A stretch of DNA of 64,000 bases from a bacterium. GTDB taxonomy: Bacteria; UBA8248. The notes under the pieces are model-generated. The model made no database searches, was not told the DNA's origin, and saw nothing but the letters and a program-made list of their open reading frames with translations. The stretch lies in the NCBI GenBank assembly GCA_965204535.1, contig OZ241996.1, forward strand, positions 928,001 to 992,000, in the 5' to 3' direction. The translations under genes and the position numbers were made by a program. Below are positions 41,407 through 51,744 of the stretch, piece by piece; within the stretch, counting starts at the first letter, position 1, and every line of letters begins with the position of its first letter.

Positions 41407-42126
41407 CTAGTCGTCGATGATCGCCACCGCGCGAATGGGGGAGCCCGACATGCCCCGGAACTTGATGGGCAGCACCGAGAGCTTGAACCCGTGGGACTTG
41501 GGAATGAGGTTCAGGTTGATCATGTTCTCGATGTGGCAGTAGTCCTTCTCCAGCATGACCCGGTGGGCCTCCCAGTAGCTGCGCGTCTCGTGCATCTTCC
41601 AGATCGGCACGTCCCAGCCGCTCGCGTCTATCCCCATCACGCGGATGCCGTTGTCGATGAGGTAGTGGGTCGCCTCGGCGCTCATGCCGGGCTGGTTCAT
41701 CGTGTAGTCGGGGTTGGTCTGCCAGTCCACGCTCGCGTCGGTGCGGATGAGCACGATGTCGAGCGGCTTGAGGGTGTAGTCGATCTTGTTAAGCGCGCCT
41801 TCTAAGTCCGCCGCCGTGATGGCGTAGCCCGATTCCCTATCCGTGAAATCGAGGACGACGCCGTCCGAAAGACACCATTCGAGCGGGATGCGCTCGGTCG
41901 TGAAGGCGTCGGGATTGTTGTGCCAGGGGGAATCGATGTGCGTGCCCGTATGGTCGCTCATGAAGATGACGCAGTGGTTCGTCACGATGGGGGCGCCGTA
42001 GTTAATCGAGCCCGTCCGCCTTGCCACGGTGTCCCAGTCTTCATCGACGGTGAGGGAGGGGCCGGGCAGGTCCGGGTAAATCGGCATGTCCCGGTATATT
42101 TCCATGCTCAGATCGATCAATTCCAT
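41407..42126 (-). CDS. Cyclase / kynurenine-formamidase-family metal hydrolase
   Basis: HTGTHIDSPWH, GID, HIEN, GSPIRAVA. Confidence 0.9.
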   Translation of the reverse strand: MELIDLSMEIYRDMPIYPDLPGPSLTVDEDWDTVARRTGSINYGAPIVTNHCVIFMSDHTGTHIDSPWHNNPDAFTTERIPLEWCLSDGVVLDFTDRESGYAITAADLEGALNKIDYTLKPLDIVLIRTDASVDWQTNPDYTMNQPGMSAEATHYLIDNGIRVMGIDASGWDVPIWKMHETRSYWEAHRVMLEKDYCHIENMINLNLIPKSHGFKLSVLPIKFRGMSGSPIRAVAIIDD

Positions 42127-42275
42127 CTCGGAGGTCTCCTTTTGGACGAAGAAAAGAAACGATCTCCATCTTGGGTGGTCGGTTCATTAGGGGAAGCGTT
42201 TGCAATGCGCGCATTATGTATGAACCCGAAGCGGCGGGCAACGCATCCGGTTTCCTCGCGAACGAGATGCGACGG

Positions 42276-42636
42276 GGGCTGTTGAAAAAGTCCCCCTAAG
42301 GGGTTCTTGCCCCCAATCGAGATTGTTCACCGTCATTCCGGCAATCCCTCCCTCACCGGGTGGAATTGATTGTAGGGGCCGCATATATGCGGCCCGTCGC
42401 TGGAAGGCGAAAAGGTAGGGTCGCGTATACGTCGGACATATATGTCCGACCTACACATCCCCCTCAAGGGTAGCTGTTGAAAAACCTTCATCAATCAAGC
42501 TCGACACGTAGGGGCGGACCTATGTGTCCGCCCAATCGCTCGGACGTAAACACGGAAAACGGGAGCACACACAGTCAGACATATATGTCTGACCCCTACG
42601 CCGAACCACCCAATCCGGGCCTTTTCAACAGCCCCA
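42276..42636. repeat. Composite repeat cluster between divergent operons
   Basis: GGCTGTTGAAAAA ends, several GTAG REPs, TTTTCAACAGCCC. Confidence 0.85.
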
Positions 42637-42846
42637 GAGGGGTCGGATTTGTGGAACCAGGACAAATAACTGGGAAAAGGAATCCACGTTACACGCCGGA
42701 AACATGAAACCTGTATATTTTGAATTTGGGTACGCATGAGGCATACTGGCGGAAAGCGACAAGGATAAATACACCTCGTCTCCCGAGCGGCGGCGCACGG
42801 AGACGGGTTTTCGCATTTTCACACCACACGCGGGGAGTGCGCCTTC

Positions 42847-43788
42847 TTGTCCCTCTTGTTCGACATATCCCTTTTCCAGCTCACGATGCTCATGATGGCC
42901 CCGCTCATCATCGCGTGTCTGGGCGAGACCATCATCGAGCGCTCGGGGATTCTCAACGTCGGCATCGAGGGGGTCGTGACGCTCGGCTCGGTGACGGGCT
43001 TTCTGCTCACCTACTATTCGGGCAGCGCGATCATCGGCTGCATGGTCGCGGCGCTCTCGGGGAGCGTCCTCACGCTGCTCCTGGCGTATTTCTCGATCAC
43101 CCTGCGGGCGAACCAGATCGTCATCGGGCTGGGGATATTCGTCCTGGGGCTGGGGATATCGCCCACCATCTACCGGCTGGCGGTGGGCGTGGTGCAGTCC
43201 ATCCCCCAGGTGCCGACGTTAAAAGAGATACCCATCCCGCTTTTGGGGAGCATCCCCTTTATCGGCGAGATTTTCTTCGCGCAAAACGGACTGGTCTACA
43301 TGTCCTATTTCCTGGTCGCGGCGGTGAGTTTCTTCCTCTTCAAGACGCCGCTGGGTCTGAGGCTGCGCGCCTGCGGGGAGAACCCCCGCGCGGCGGACAC
43401 GGTGGGGATCGACGTCGCCCGCATGCGCTACGGCGCGTGCGCTGTGGGCGGACTCTTCCTGGGCGTCGCGGGCGCATACCTGCCGCTCGTGATCTCGGGC
43501 TCGTTCACGGACAACATCGTGAACGGAAGAGGGTGGCTCGCCCTGATGCTGGTGATATTCGGACGCTGGGTGCCGGTATGGTCGTTCGTCGGCGCGCTGC
43601 TGTTCGCCTACGTGGACGCCTTTCAGTTCAAGGTCAACGCCCTGCCGCAGTTCGCCAAGATCATTCCGCCGCAATTCCTGCTCATGCTGCCGTACGTGTT
43701 CGCCATGATAGTTCTGGTTCAGGTCGCGCGGGGGGCGGAGAGCCCCCGCGCGCTGACGAGGCCATACGACCGTGAAGCCCGGGATTGA
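42847..43788 (+). CDS. Nucleoside-type ABC permease
   Basis: ERSGILNVGIEG, ACGENPRAAD, GRGWLAL, MLPYV. Confidence 0.92.
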   Translation: MSLLFDISLFQLTMLMMAPLIIACLGETIIERSGILNVGIEGVVTLGSVTGFLLTYYSGSAIIGCMVAALSGSVLTLLLAYFSITLRANQIVIGLGIFVLGLGISPTIYRLAVGVVQSIPQVPTLKEIPIPLLGSIPFIGEIFFAQNGLVYMSYFLVAAVSFFLFKTPLGLRLRACGENPRAADTVGIDVARMRYGACAVGGLFLGVAGAYLPLVISGSFTDNIVNGRGWLALMLVIFGRWVPVWSFVGALLFAYVDAFQFKVNALPQFAKIIPPQFLLMLPYVFAMIVLVQVARGAESPRALTRPYDREARD

Positions 43789-43833
43789 GCCACGTCCGGG
43801 CAACCGTGCTTTCTCATCAAGGAGGAGTGTGAA

Positions 43834-44835
43834 ATGAAAACCAAATGGACACGCCGATTGTTCTTCGCAGCCGCCGCATTCACGGCCCTGGCGCTGGCCG
43901 TACCCGGCCCTGCCCTCGCCGCGAAGGCGCACAAGTTCGCCATCATCCTGCCCGGACCCATCGAGGATGCGGACTACAACTTCCGGGGCTACGAGGTGGC
44001 GCAGGACGTCAAGAAGATGTTCAAGATCGAGACTTCCTACTCCGAGCGCATCTCGCCCGCGGACGCCGAGCGGGTGGCGCGCGAGTACATCTCCTCGGGC
44101 TTCAACATCATCGGCTTCCACGGCGGGCAGTACGTCCGGCTCGTGCAGAAGCTGGCCCCGAAGTTCCCCGAGGTGACGTTCATCATGGAGAGTTCGGCGA
44201 AATTCAAGGTGCCCAAGAACGTCTGGAACATTCACCGCCACTATTTCGAGGCCTTCTATCCCTTCGGCGTGCTGGCCGGCCTCGCCACGAAGACGAACAA
44301 GGTGAGCGTCATCGCGGGAATCCCGCTTCCGGACTTCAAGGCTTCCATCAACACCATCTCGGACGCGCTCAAGGCGACCAACCCCAAGGCGGAGCTCACC
44401 TACTCCTTCACCGGAAACCAGAACGATCCGGTCAAGGCGCGCCAGACCGCCGACGCCATGATCGCGGGCGGCGTCGACTTCATCATCAACATGGTGAACC
44501 TCGGCGTGTACGGCGTGGTCGAGGCCGCCAAGAAGTCGAAGCGCAAGGTGCTGGTCACCACGTTCTACACCGACAAGACGGACAAGGCGCCCAAGCATTT
44601 CGCCGGCACGCTGATCATCGATTTCCGGCCGCCCTACCGCAAGGCCCTGGCGGGAATCCTGAAAGGATCGCCCGGGGGATACGTGCCCATGCGCCCCGGC
44701 GTCGGTTTCGAGATCGAGTCTCTGGGCAACGTGTCGGCCGAGGCCATGAAGCGGACCAAGGAGGCCTATCAAAAGGTGCGTTCCGGGGAGATCAAGCCCC
44801 GGCTGGAGATGAAGAAGGTCATGTTGGCGAAATAA
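43834..44835 (+). CDS. BMP-family ABC substrate-binding protein
   Basis: Signal peptide, PGPIEDADYN, TKTNKV, DPVKA; GGAGG RBS. Confidence 0.88.
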   Translation: MKTKWTRRLFFAAAAFTALALAVPGPALAAKAHKFAIILPGPIEDADYNFRGYEVAQDVKKMFKIETSYSERISPADAERVAREYISSGFNIIGFHGGQYVRLVQKLAPKFPEVTFIMESSAKFKVPKNVWNIHRHYFEAFYPFGVLAGLATKTNKVSVIAGIPLPDFKASINTISDALKATNPKAELTYSFTGNQNDPVKARQTADAMIAGGVDFIINMVNLGVYGVVEAAKKSKRKVLVTTFYTDKTDKAPKHFAGTLIIDFRPPYRKALAGILKGSPGGYVPMRPGVGFEIESLGNVSAEAMKRTKEAYQKVRSGEIKPRLEMKKVMLAK

Positions 44836-44887
44836 CAGCGCGAGCGCCCCGCCCCAATCTTCCGGGCGGGGCGGGGCGTGAGAACGG

Positions 44888-46444
44888 ATGAAAGTGATGA
44901 CGGAAAAAACTGTTTCCTGCGTCGAGATGTACGGCGTCAGCAAGTCCTTCGGGGAAGTCCGCGCCCTAGACGCGGTCGACTTCGAGGCCGCCGAGGGGGA
45001 GATCCACGCCCTCCTGGGCGAGAACGGCGCGGGCAAGACCACGCTCATGAACATCCTGAGCGGCCTCTACCGCATGGACGAGGGCCAGATCGCGATCGAA
45101 GGGCGCGAGGTGGACATCCACTCCCCGCAGGATGCGATCGCGGTCGGCGTCGGGATGGTTCACCAGCACGTGGAGCTGATCGGCAACTTCACCGCGCTCG
45201 AGAACATCCTGCTCGGGCGCGAGGGCTCGCGCTGGCGGCTCGACGTCGAAGCCCGGCGCGGTTCGGTGGAGGAGCTCGCGGCGAATTACGGCCTCTCCAT
45301 TCCGCTCGATGAGGGGGTGAAGAGCCTGCCCGCGGGCATTCAGCAGAAAGTGGAGATTTTGAAAGCCCTCTACCACGGCGCGGACATCCTGATCCTGGAC
45401 GAGCCGACGACCATGCTCACCCCCCACGAGGTGGACGGGCTGTTCTCGATCCTCAAATCCTTCGCCAAGGGCGGGCTGACGGTCGTCTTCATCACGCACA
45501 AGATCCAGGAGGTGCTGGACAACTGCGACAGCATCACCGTGTTCCGGGGCGGGCGGAAGATCGACACCATCCCCCGCGAGGAGGCCACCCGCGAGATACT
45601 CGTCCAGATGATGATGGGCGAGCGCGGGATGCCGCCCGAGGGCGAGCGGCCGGCGGGGCCGTCTGCGGCCATAGAGGGGGGTCCCGCGCTTTCGGTGCGG
45701 GGGGTGCGCACCTCGGCGAAGTGGGGGGTGCCGCTCAGGGACGTCGCCTTCGACGTCCCCCGGGGGCTCATCGTCGGCATGGCGGGCATCTCGGGGAACG
45801 GCCAGAAGGAACTGGCGGAAGCCCTGGCCGGGCTGATCGAAACGGAAGAGGGCGAGGTTCACCTGGACGGTGAGCAAGTATCAAACCTCTCGGTGGCCGG
45901 ACGCATCGCGCGGGGGATGAGCCTCCTGCCGCAGGACAGGATAGAGGAGGGGATTCTGCCGGGCCTGAGCCTGGCCGAGAATTTCGTGCTCGGCCTCCAC
46001 CCCCACATCTTCAGGCGGCGCGGCGTTTTCGAGCGCGAGGCCGCCTTCGAGCTCGGCAGGAACGCCATCGCGGAATTCAACATCCTCGCGCGAAACGAGC
46101 ACGTGCCGGCCGCGCACCTCTCGGGCGGGAACATCCAGAAGACCATCGTGGCGCGCTCGGTCATGCTCGCCCACAAGACGGGCGGGAAGGTGATGATCGC
46201 GAACAACCCCACGCGCGGCCTCGACGTCATGGCCGCCTCGTTCGTGCACGGCCGGCTGCGCGAGCTTCGCGCGGGCGGGGCGGGCGTTTTGCTGATATCG
46301 GAAGACTTGGACGAGCTTTGCCTGATGAGCGACCGCATCGTCGTCATCTATGCGGGGGAGATTCTCGGCGCCTTCGACGGCCCCGAATACGACATCTACC
46401 GGATAGGCGCGCTCATGGCGGGCCAGAGAGATGAGGTGTCCTGA
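44888..46444 (+). CDS. Nucleoside/sugar ABC ATPase (tandem domains)
   Basis: GENGAGKTT, ILDEPT, LSGGNIQK, PTRGLD. Confidence 0.95.
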   Translation: MKVMTEKTVSCVEMYGVSKSFGEVRALDAVDFEAAEGEIHALLGENGAGKTTLMNILSGLYRMDEGQIAIEGREVDIHSPQDAIAVGVGMVHQHVELIGNFTALENILLGREGSRWRLDVEARRGSVEELAANYGLSIPLDEGVKSLPAGIQQKVEILKALYHGADILILDEPTTMLTPHEVDGLFSILKSFAKGGLTVVFITHKIQEVLDNCDSITVFRGGRKIDTIPREEATREILVQMMMGERGMPPEGERPAGPSAAIEGGPALSVRGVRTSAKWGVPLRDVAFDVPRGLIVGMAGISGNGQKELAEALAGLIETEEGEVHLDGEQVSNLSVAGRIARGMSLLPQDRIEEGILPGLSLAENFVLGLHPHIFRRRGVFEREAAFELGRNAIAEFNILARNEHVPAAHLSGGNIQKTIVARSVMLAHKTGGKVMIANNPTRGLDVMAASFVHGRLRELRAGGAGVLLISEDLDELCLMSDRIVVIYAGEILGAFDGPEYDIYRIGALMAGQRDEVS

Positions 46445-46463
46445 GGTGGCGGGCGCGGCAGGC

Positions 46464-47516
46464 GTGAGCGAGAAGAAAAAGGCGGCGCTTGAGTTCGCCG
46501 TCACCTACGCGGCGGCGGGGGCGCTGGCGCTCGCCTGCGGGGCCGTCTTCATCGTCGCCTTCGGCGGCGACGTGCTCGTGGCGCTCGGCACGGTGCTTCG
46601 CTCCTCGCTCGGCACGTGGGGCGGGTTCGCGCAGACCTTGAACAAGTTCTGCCCGCTCCTGCTCGGCTCGCTCGCGGTCGCCTTCGGGATGCGCGGCGGG
46701 CACTTCAACATCGGCGTGGACGGGCAGATCTACGCGGGCGCCATCGGCATGACGGGCACGGCCTTCGCCCTGGAAGGCATGAACCTCCCCTGGCCGGTCT
46801 TCGTGCCCCTGGGGCTGCTGGGCGGAATCGCCGGCGGGTGGCTGTGGGGCTTCATCCCCGGCATCCTGCGCGTGCGCTTCCAGGTGAGCGAGATTTTCGT
46901 GACGGTCATGCTGAACTTCGTGGCGCTCTACCTCGTGGACTACCTCGCCAACGGCCCCTGGAACGATCCGCTCGCGGGAGAGGCCATCTCGCTCCCGATC
47001 CCCGACGCCTCCGTGCTGCCCCAAGTGATGCCGAGGGCGGGCGCGCACGCGGGCTTCCTCATCGCGCTCGCCGCCGCCGTCGGCATGTACTTCTTCATGA
47101 CGCGCACCATCGCGGGCTACGAGATACGCGCGGTGGGCGACAACCCCCGCGCCGCGCGCTTCGGCGGCATCAACGTCGCGCGCGTCACGCTCATCATCAT
47201 GCCGACCTGCGGCGCGCTCTCGGGCCTCGCGGGCGCCATCGAGGTCTCGGGGTTCCACCAGAGCCTCCTGCTCGGCATCAGCGGGGCGGAGGGCGCGCCC
47301 AACTACGGCGCGATGGCCATCTTGATCGCCGTCATCGGGCGCAACAATCCGCTCGGCGTCACGATAGCCGCCGCCGTGTTCGCCGTGCTCGTCTCGGGCT
47401 CCGACTCCTTACAGCGCAGCATCGGCCTCCCCGGCGCCGCCGTGTTCGTCTTCCAGGCGATCATCGTCCTGACCGTCGTCTTCGTGCAGGCGCGCCGCAG
47501 CGTGCGGGCGGGGTAG
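46464..47516 (+). CDS. Nucleoside-type ABC permease
   Basis: FNIGVDGQ, VMLNF, VGDNPRAA, NNPLG; start uncertain. Confidence 0.9.
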   Translation: MSEKKKAALEFAVTYAAAGALALACGAVFIVAFGGDVLVALGTVLRSSLGTWGGFAQTLNKFCPLLLGSLAVAFGMRGGHFNIGVDGQIYAGAIGMTGTAFALEGMNLPWPVFVPLGLLGGIAGGWLWGFIPGILRVRFQVSEIFVTVMLNFVALYLVDYLANGPWNDPLAGEAISLPIPDASVLPQVMPRAGAHAGFLIALAAAVGMYFFMTRTIAGYEIRAVGDNPRAARFGGINVARVTLIIMPTCGALSGLAGAIEVSGFHQSLLLGISGAEGAPNYGAMAILIAVIGRNNPLGVTIAAAVFAVLVSGSDSLQRSIGLPGAAVFVFQAIIVLTVVFVQARRSVRAG

Positions 47517-47547
47517 GGGGGTATTTTTCCGTGGGTTCATGGATTTT

Positions 47548-48432
47548 GTAGGGGCCGCATATATGCGGCCCTTGTAGAGGGTGAAAAAAACCAGGGTCGC
47601 ATATATGCGACCCCTACACTCCCTTTGGCAAGGTGAAATTGACCGACCGAGGCGCGGGAGTGCGATCGTGATTTTCGTAGGGGTCAGACATATATGTCTG
47701 ACTATGTATCCGCCCGTGCCAAGGCGGGCGTCATGAAACCGGGCGGGCACAGGGGCCCGCCCCTACGGGTGAAACGCGATTGATGCGCGAGGAATTGTAG
47801 GGACAGGGTCGCGACCTGTCCGAGGTCGCTCCCCCCTTGGGGGAATTCCCCACCGACGAAAGAAGGATTCACTCCCCCCTTGAGGGTCGGGCTTCCCGAG
47901 GGGAAAGCCCGACGAGGAAGCCGAGCGGTTTATGCGAAGGCTGAATCGGTGGGGGGACATGCCACAGAAAAAAACTCCCCCCACCGGCGCGACTTCGGGC
48001 TTCGCCCTCGTCTTGCCGTCTGGCTTTCCCCTCGGGAAGCCCGACCCTCAAGGGGGGAGTTTATCCCTCTCTCGTCGGTTGGAAATAACACCGGAATGAC
48101 GAGCAAAACCGCAACGACCGCCCGTAGGGACAGGCCCCCGTGCCTGTCCGAAATCCCATAAAGGCAACCCCCCCTACCCCCCCTTGTCAGGGGGGTAAGA
48201 AAAATCAAAACCCCCTCAGCCCGGTGGTGGGCGACGTCTTTTTATACCCCCTTGGCAGGAAGGCAAGAAAAATCGAAACCCCTCCACCGGCAGGGGCGGA
48301 TCGCCTTTTTATACCCCCCTGACAAGGGGGGGGTAGGGGGGGTTGGTTTTCGTCGAGGGAGGTCGGGGGTTCACGCATCATTGCGGTCTTACGCGGGTCG
48401 CATATATGTCGGACATATATGTCCGACCTACA
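47548..48432. repeat. Large composite repeat cluster
   Basis: Many GTAG REPs, CACTCCCCCCTTGAGGG element with TTCCCnAGGGGAAAGCC sub-hairpins, CCCCCCTACCCCCCCTTGTCAG pair. Confidence 0.85.
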
Positions 48433-48494
48433 GAAACCCTTCGCGTCACTCCTCCTTGTTATGTATACGCTCGCCAGCCGTATCGAGCGACGCC

Positions 48495-49598
48495 CTACAC
48501 CGCCCTTACGACCGCGGCGACGGGGCCGCCGCCGGGAGGCCCCTGGTGCTCGGCCCCGCCCGAGACGTAGGTCATCGTGTCGCCGACGACCGAAGACACC
48601 ACCGCGTTCACCACCGAGCGCGCGTGGCGCGTGTTGTTGATGTCCGAATCGTCGAGCATCGTGTGCCGCCGCCCGCGCACCAGCCCGTCGGGGGAGGCCT
48701 CGCACTTGGCGAAGACGTTCACGACGCGCCCGCGCTGTGCGGGCGTGAGCGCCCACTCGAACGCGACCCCTGCGTTCACGATGGCCTCGCGCACGGCGTC
48801 GCGGTCGATGGCGTCTTGCATGACGCTGTGGCCGACGACGAGGTCCCCGCCCCAGGCCGCGCTGTTGCCGATGACCATCGCCTCGTTGCACATGAGCTCG
48901 ATTCCCGCCGAAGTCGAGGCGACGCCCGATTGGAGCGACCAGTCCGCACAGATCACCTCATCGCTCAGGGCGCTTTCGGCCACCTCGCCCGCCGCGAGCG
49001 CCACCCCCAGCGCCGACGCCCCGCGCGAGTAGCCCATGGATTTATACGTGTCCTCCGTGCAGACGCTCTCCCCGCGCCTGGCCGCGTCCGCCATGCGCTC
49101 GCCCGTGAGGAGGGGGCACTTCACCTGGACGAAGTGCAGGTCCGCCGCGCTCTCGATCTGCGCCTCATCCATCAGCCTTCGCACGAGGTCCGCCGTCGCG
49201 CGGGCCTGCGCCATGCGGCCCATTTCTTCCGGTAAAAAATCCGCCGTGTGGCCCGAGGCGATGGCGAGGCGCTTGGCGCGCCCGTCGCCCGCGCCGTTCT
49301 CGGACTTCGTGAACACCGAGAAGTGCGGGCACATGACGCCTTCCGTTCCGCCGGACATGATGAGGGCGATCTGCGCCTCCACCTCCTCGCGGCTCTTGCC
49401 CATCAGGCGTGAGAAATAATCGAGCAGGACGAAGTTGCTGAACCCGCGCGAGAAATCGTTCACGCAGCCGTTGCCCTCGGTCTTGCCCATGATGCCGACG
49501 ACGTCCTCCGCCCGGCATTCGCCCCCCTCGATGAGAGCGGCGATCCCTGAGATGTCGTCGGGCGAGTCCATCGCCACGCGGAACAGGTCGGCCTGCAT
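48495..49598 (-). CDS. atzD: Cyanuric acid hydrolase / barbiturase family ring-opening amidohydrolase (AtzD-like)
   Basis: GKTEGNGCVNDFSRG, MSGGTEG, HFVQVKCPLLT, SMGYSRGASALG, YVSGGAEHQGPPGGGP. Confidence 0.88.
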   Translation of the reverse strand: MQADLFRVAMDSPDDISGIAALIEGGECRAEDVVGIMGKTEGNGCVNDFSRGFSNFVLLDYFSRLMGKSREEVEAQIALIMSGGTEGVMCPHFSVFTKSENGAGDGRAKRLAIASGHTADFLPEEMGRMAQARATADLVRRLMDEAQIESAADLHFVQVKCPLLTGERMADAARRGESVCTEDTYKSMGYSRGASALGVALAAGEVAESALSDEVICADWSLQSGVASTSAGIELMCNEAMVIGNSAAWGGDLVVGHSVMQDAIDRDAVREAIVNAGVAFEWALTPAQRGRVVNVFAKCEASPDGLVRGRRHTMLDDSDINNTRHARSVVNAVVSSVVGDTMTYVSGGAEHQGPPGGGPVAAVVRAV

Positions 49599-49726
49599 CT
49601 TGCGTCCCCCTTTCGCAAAGGCGCGCGCGGGCGCGCTCGCGGATACCGGAATTTTTATGGGGAAAAACGTAGCACCGCAGGGAGCGCCTGTCCAAAGGGC
49701 GTGTATATAAGAGGTGGGGTTTTGCG

Positions 49727-50640
49727 GGGACAGGCCTCCGCCCCTGTCCGGATGAATTCTTTGACGATTGAAACGGGATTCGGGCGGGCACAGGGGCCCG
49801 CCCCTACGGAAACCGACGACGAGCAAAGCCGCAACGACTGCCCGTAGGGACAGGCCCCCGTGCCTGTCCGGGGTCACTCCCCCCTTGAGGGAATTCCCCA
49901 CCGACGAAAGAAGGATTCACTCCCCCCTTGAGGGTTGTTGGCGACTGACGAGAGAGAAAATCACTCCCCCCTTGAGGGGGAGTCGATGAAGCCGAGCGTT
50001 TTATGCGAAGGCTGAATCGGTGGGGGGTAAAATGCGTTTTATCGCCAATCCGAATTTTACCCCCCACCGAATCGCTTTCGGGCTTACGCCCTCAGTTCTT
50101 CGTCTGGCTTCCCCATCGGGAAGCCAGACCCTCAAGGGGGGAGTGAATCCTCTCTGCTGAATTGGGAAAGACCTCAAGGGGGGAGTGATTCATTGTTCTT
50201 CGGGCTTTTTCTTGCCCCCCTGACAAGGGGGGGTAGGGGGGGTTGCCTTTATCCCTGACAAGGGGGTTGGGTTTGTAGGGGCAGGCCTCCGCCCCTGTCC
50301 GGATGAATTCTTTGACGATTGAAACGGGATTCGGGCGGGCACAGGGGCCCGCCCCTACGGAAACCGACGACGAGCAAAGCCGCAACGACTGCCCGTAGGG
50401 ACAGGCCCCCGTGCCTGTCCGGGGTCACTCCCCCCTTGAGGGAATTCCCCACCGACGAAAGAAGGATTCACTCCCCCCTTGAGGGGGAGTCGGTGAGGTA
50501 AGGGCGTAAGCCCGCAAGCGAACCGGTGGGGGGAGATTTTTTCTGTGGCATGTCCCCCCACCGAATCGGCCTTCGCCAAGGCTCGGCCTCTTCGTCTGGC
50601 TTTCCCCTCGGGAAGCCAGACCCTCAAGGGGGGAGTGAAT
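49727..50640. repeat. Composite repeat cluster with ~200-bp direct duplication
   Basis: 49731..49934 repeated at 50282..50485; several palindrome families. Confidence 0.85.
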
Positions 50641-50668
50641 GCCTCTCACACGGCCCATCCTTCACCCC

Positions 50669-51628
50669 TCATTTATATATAAACGTCCCCTTCTCCCCGC
50701 GCAGGGCGGGGAGGGCGTCTTCGAGCGCGGCGATGTGCACCCGCTCGCCGCCGCCTTCGAGAAAGCGGATAGCCGCCTCTATCTTGGGGCCCATGCTGCC
50801 GGGCGGGAAATGGCCCTGGGCGTGGTATCCCTTTATCTCGTCGAGCGACACGCGCTCAAGCTCGCGCTGCGCGGGCGTCCCGAAGTGGACGGCCACCCTC
50901 GGCACGGCGGTCAGGATCATCATCGTCTCGATCCCCAGGACGTTCGCCATGAGTGCGGAGGTCAAATCCTTATCGATCACGGCGGCCAGCCCGCGCCGCG
51001 CGCCGTCCGCTTCCCGCACGACGGGGATGCCCCCGCCGCCGCCCGCGATGACCACCGCTCCGCTCCTGGCGATCGTCTCGATGAGCGAGATGTCCACGAT
51101 GTGTTTGGGCTTTGGCGAGGGAACGACGTGCCGCCAGCCGCGTCCGGCGTCCTCGCGGAACGTCCAGCCCATCTCGCGCTCATAGCGCCTCGCTTCTTCT
51201 TCCGTGTAGGTGTAGCCCACGAACTTGGTCGGCGCGTCGAACGCCGGGTCCGCCGGGTCGACCTCCACCTGCGTCAGGAGGCACACCACGTGGCGCGGGT
51301 CGCCCGCGCGTCTTAACGCGTTCTCGAACGCCTGCATCAGGAGGTAGGCGATGCCCCCCTGGCTGTGGGCGACGCAGATGTCGAGCGTCATGGGCGTCAC
51401 CTGCTCGCTCGATACCGCCTGGCGCATGAGTATCTTGCCCACCACGGGGCCGTTGCCGTGCGTGATGACGAGTTCGTTTTCGAGTCGTAAGAGCGGGAGC
51501 AGGGCGCGGCCGGTCGCGGCGGCGATGGCGGCCTGTTCCGCCGCGGTGCCGCGTATCTCGGGCGGGTGGGTCGCGTTGCCGCCGACGGCGACGAGCAGGC
51601 GCCGGGGAAGATCGGGCGGGGGAGCCAT
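50669..51628 (-). CDS. arcC: Carbamate kinase
   Basis: AVGGNA, THGNGPVVG, PTKFVG, VVPSPKP, GGGGIPV, VIDKD, GSMGPK. Confidence 0.93.
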   Translation of the reverse strand: MAPPPDLPRRLLVAVGGNATHPPEIRGTAAEQAAIAAATGRALLPLLRLENELVITHGNGPVVGKILMRQAVSSEQVTPMTLDICVAHSQGGIAYLLMQAFENALRRAGDPRHVVCLLTQVEVDPADPAFDAPTKFVGYTYTEEEARRYEREMGWTFREDAGRGWRHVVPSPKPKHIVDISLIETIARSGAVVIAGGGGGIPVVREADGARRGLAAVIDKDLTSALMANVLGIETMMILTAVPRVAVHFGTPAQRELERVSLDEIKGYHAQGHFPPGSMGPKIEAAIRFLEGGGERVHIAALEDALPALRGEKGTFIYK

Positions 51629-51744
51629 GTCGGATTCTCCCGATGAACCCCCGACGACGGGACGCGGTGGCATACAATCCACGTAAGAGACCCGCGGTCC
51701 GCGCCCCGGGCCGGGAGTGACATCTTACAACATACGGGCGGTGA

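Noticed and set aside
42205-42230. dif-like site (GCGCATTATGTAT)
   Set aside because: Resembles only the XerC half; no TTATGTTAAAT arm
47760-50660. Short ORFs reading SPLEG, PPQGGS, PLTRGGRGG, VGTGPRACP and the long N-terminal extension of atzD
   Set aside because: Translations of palindromic repeats with no independent coding evidence
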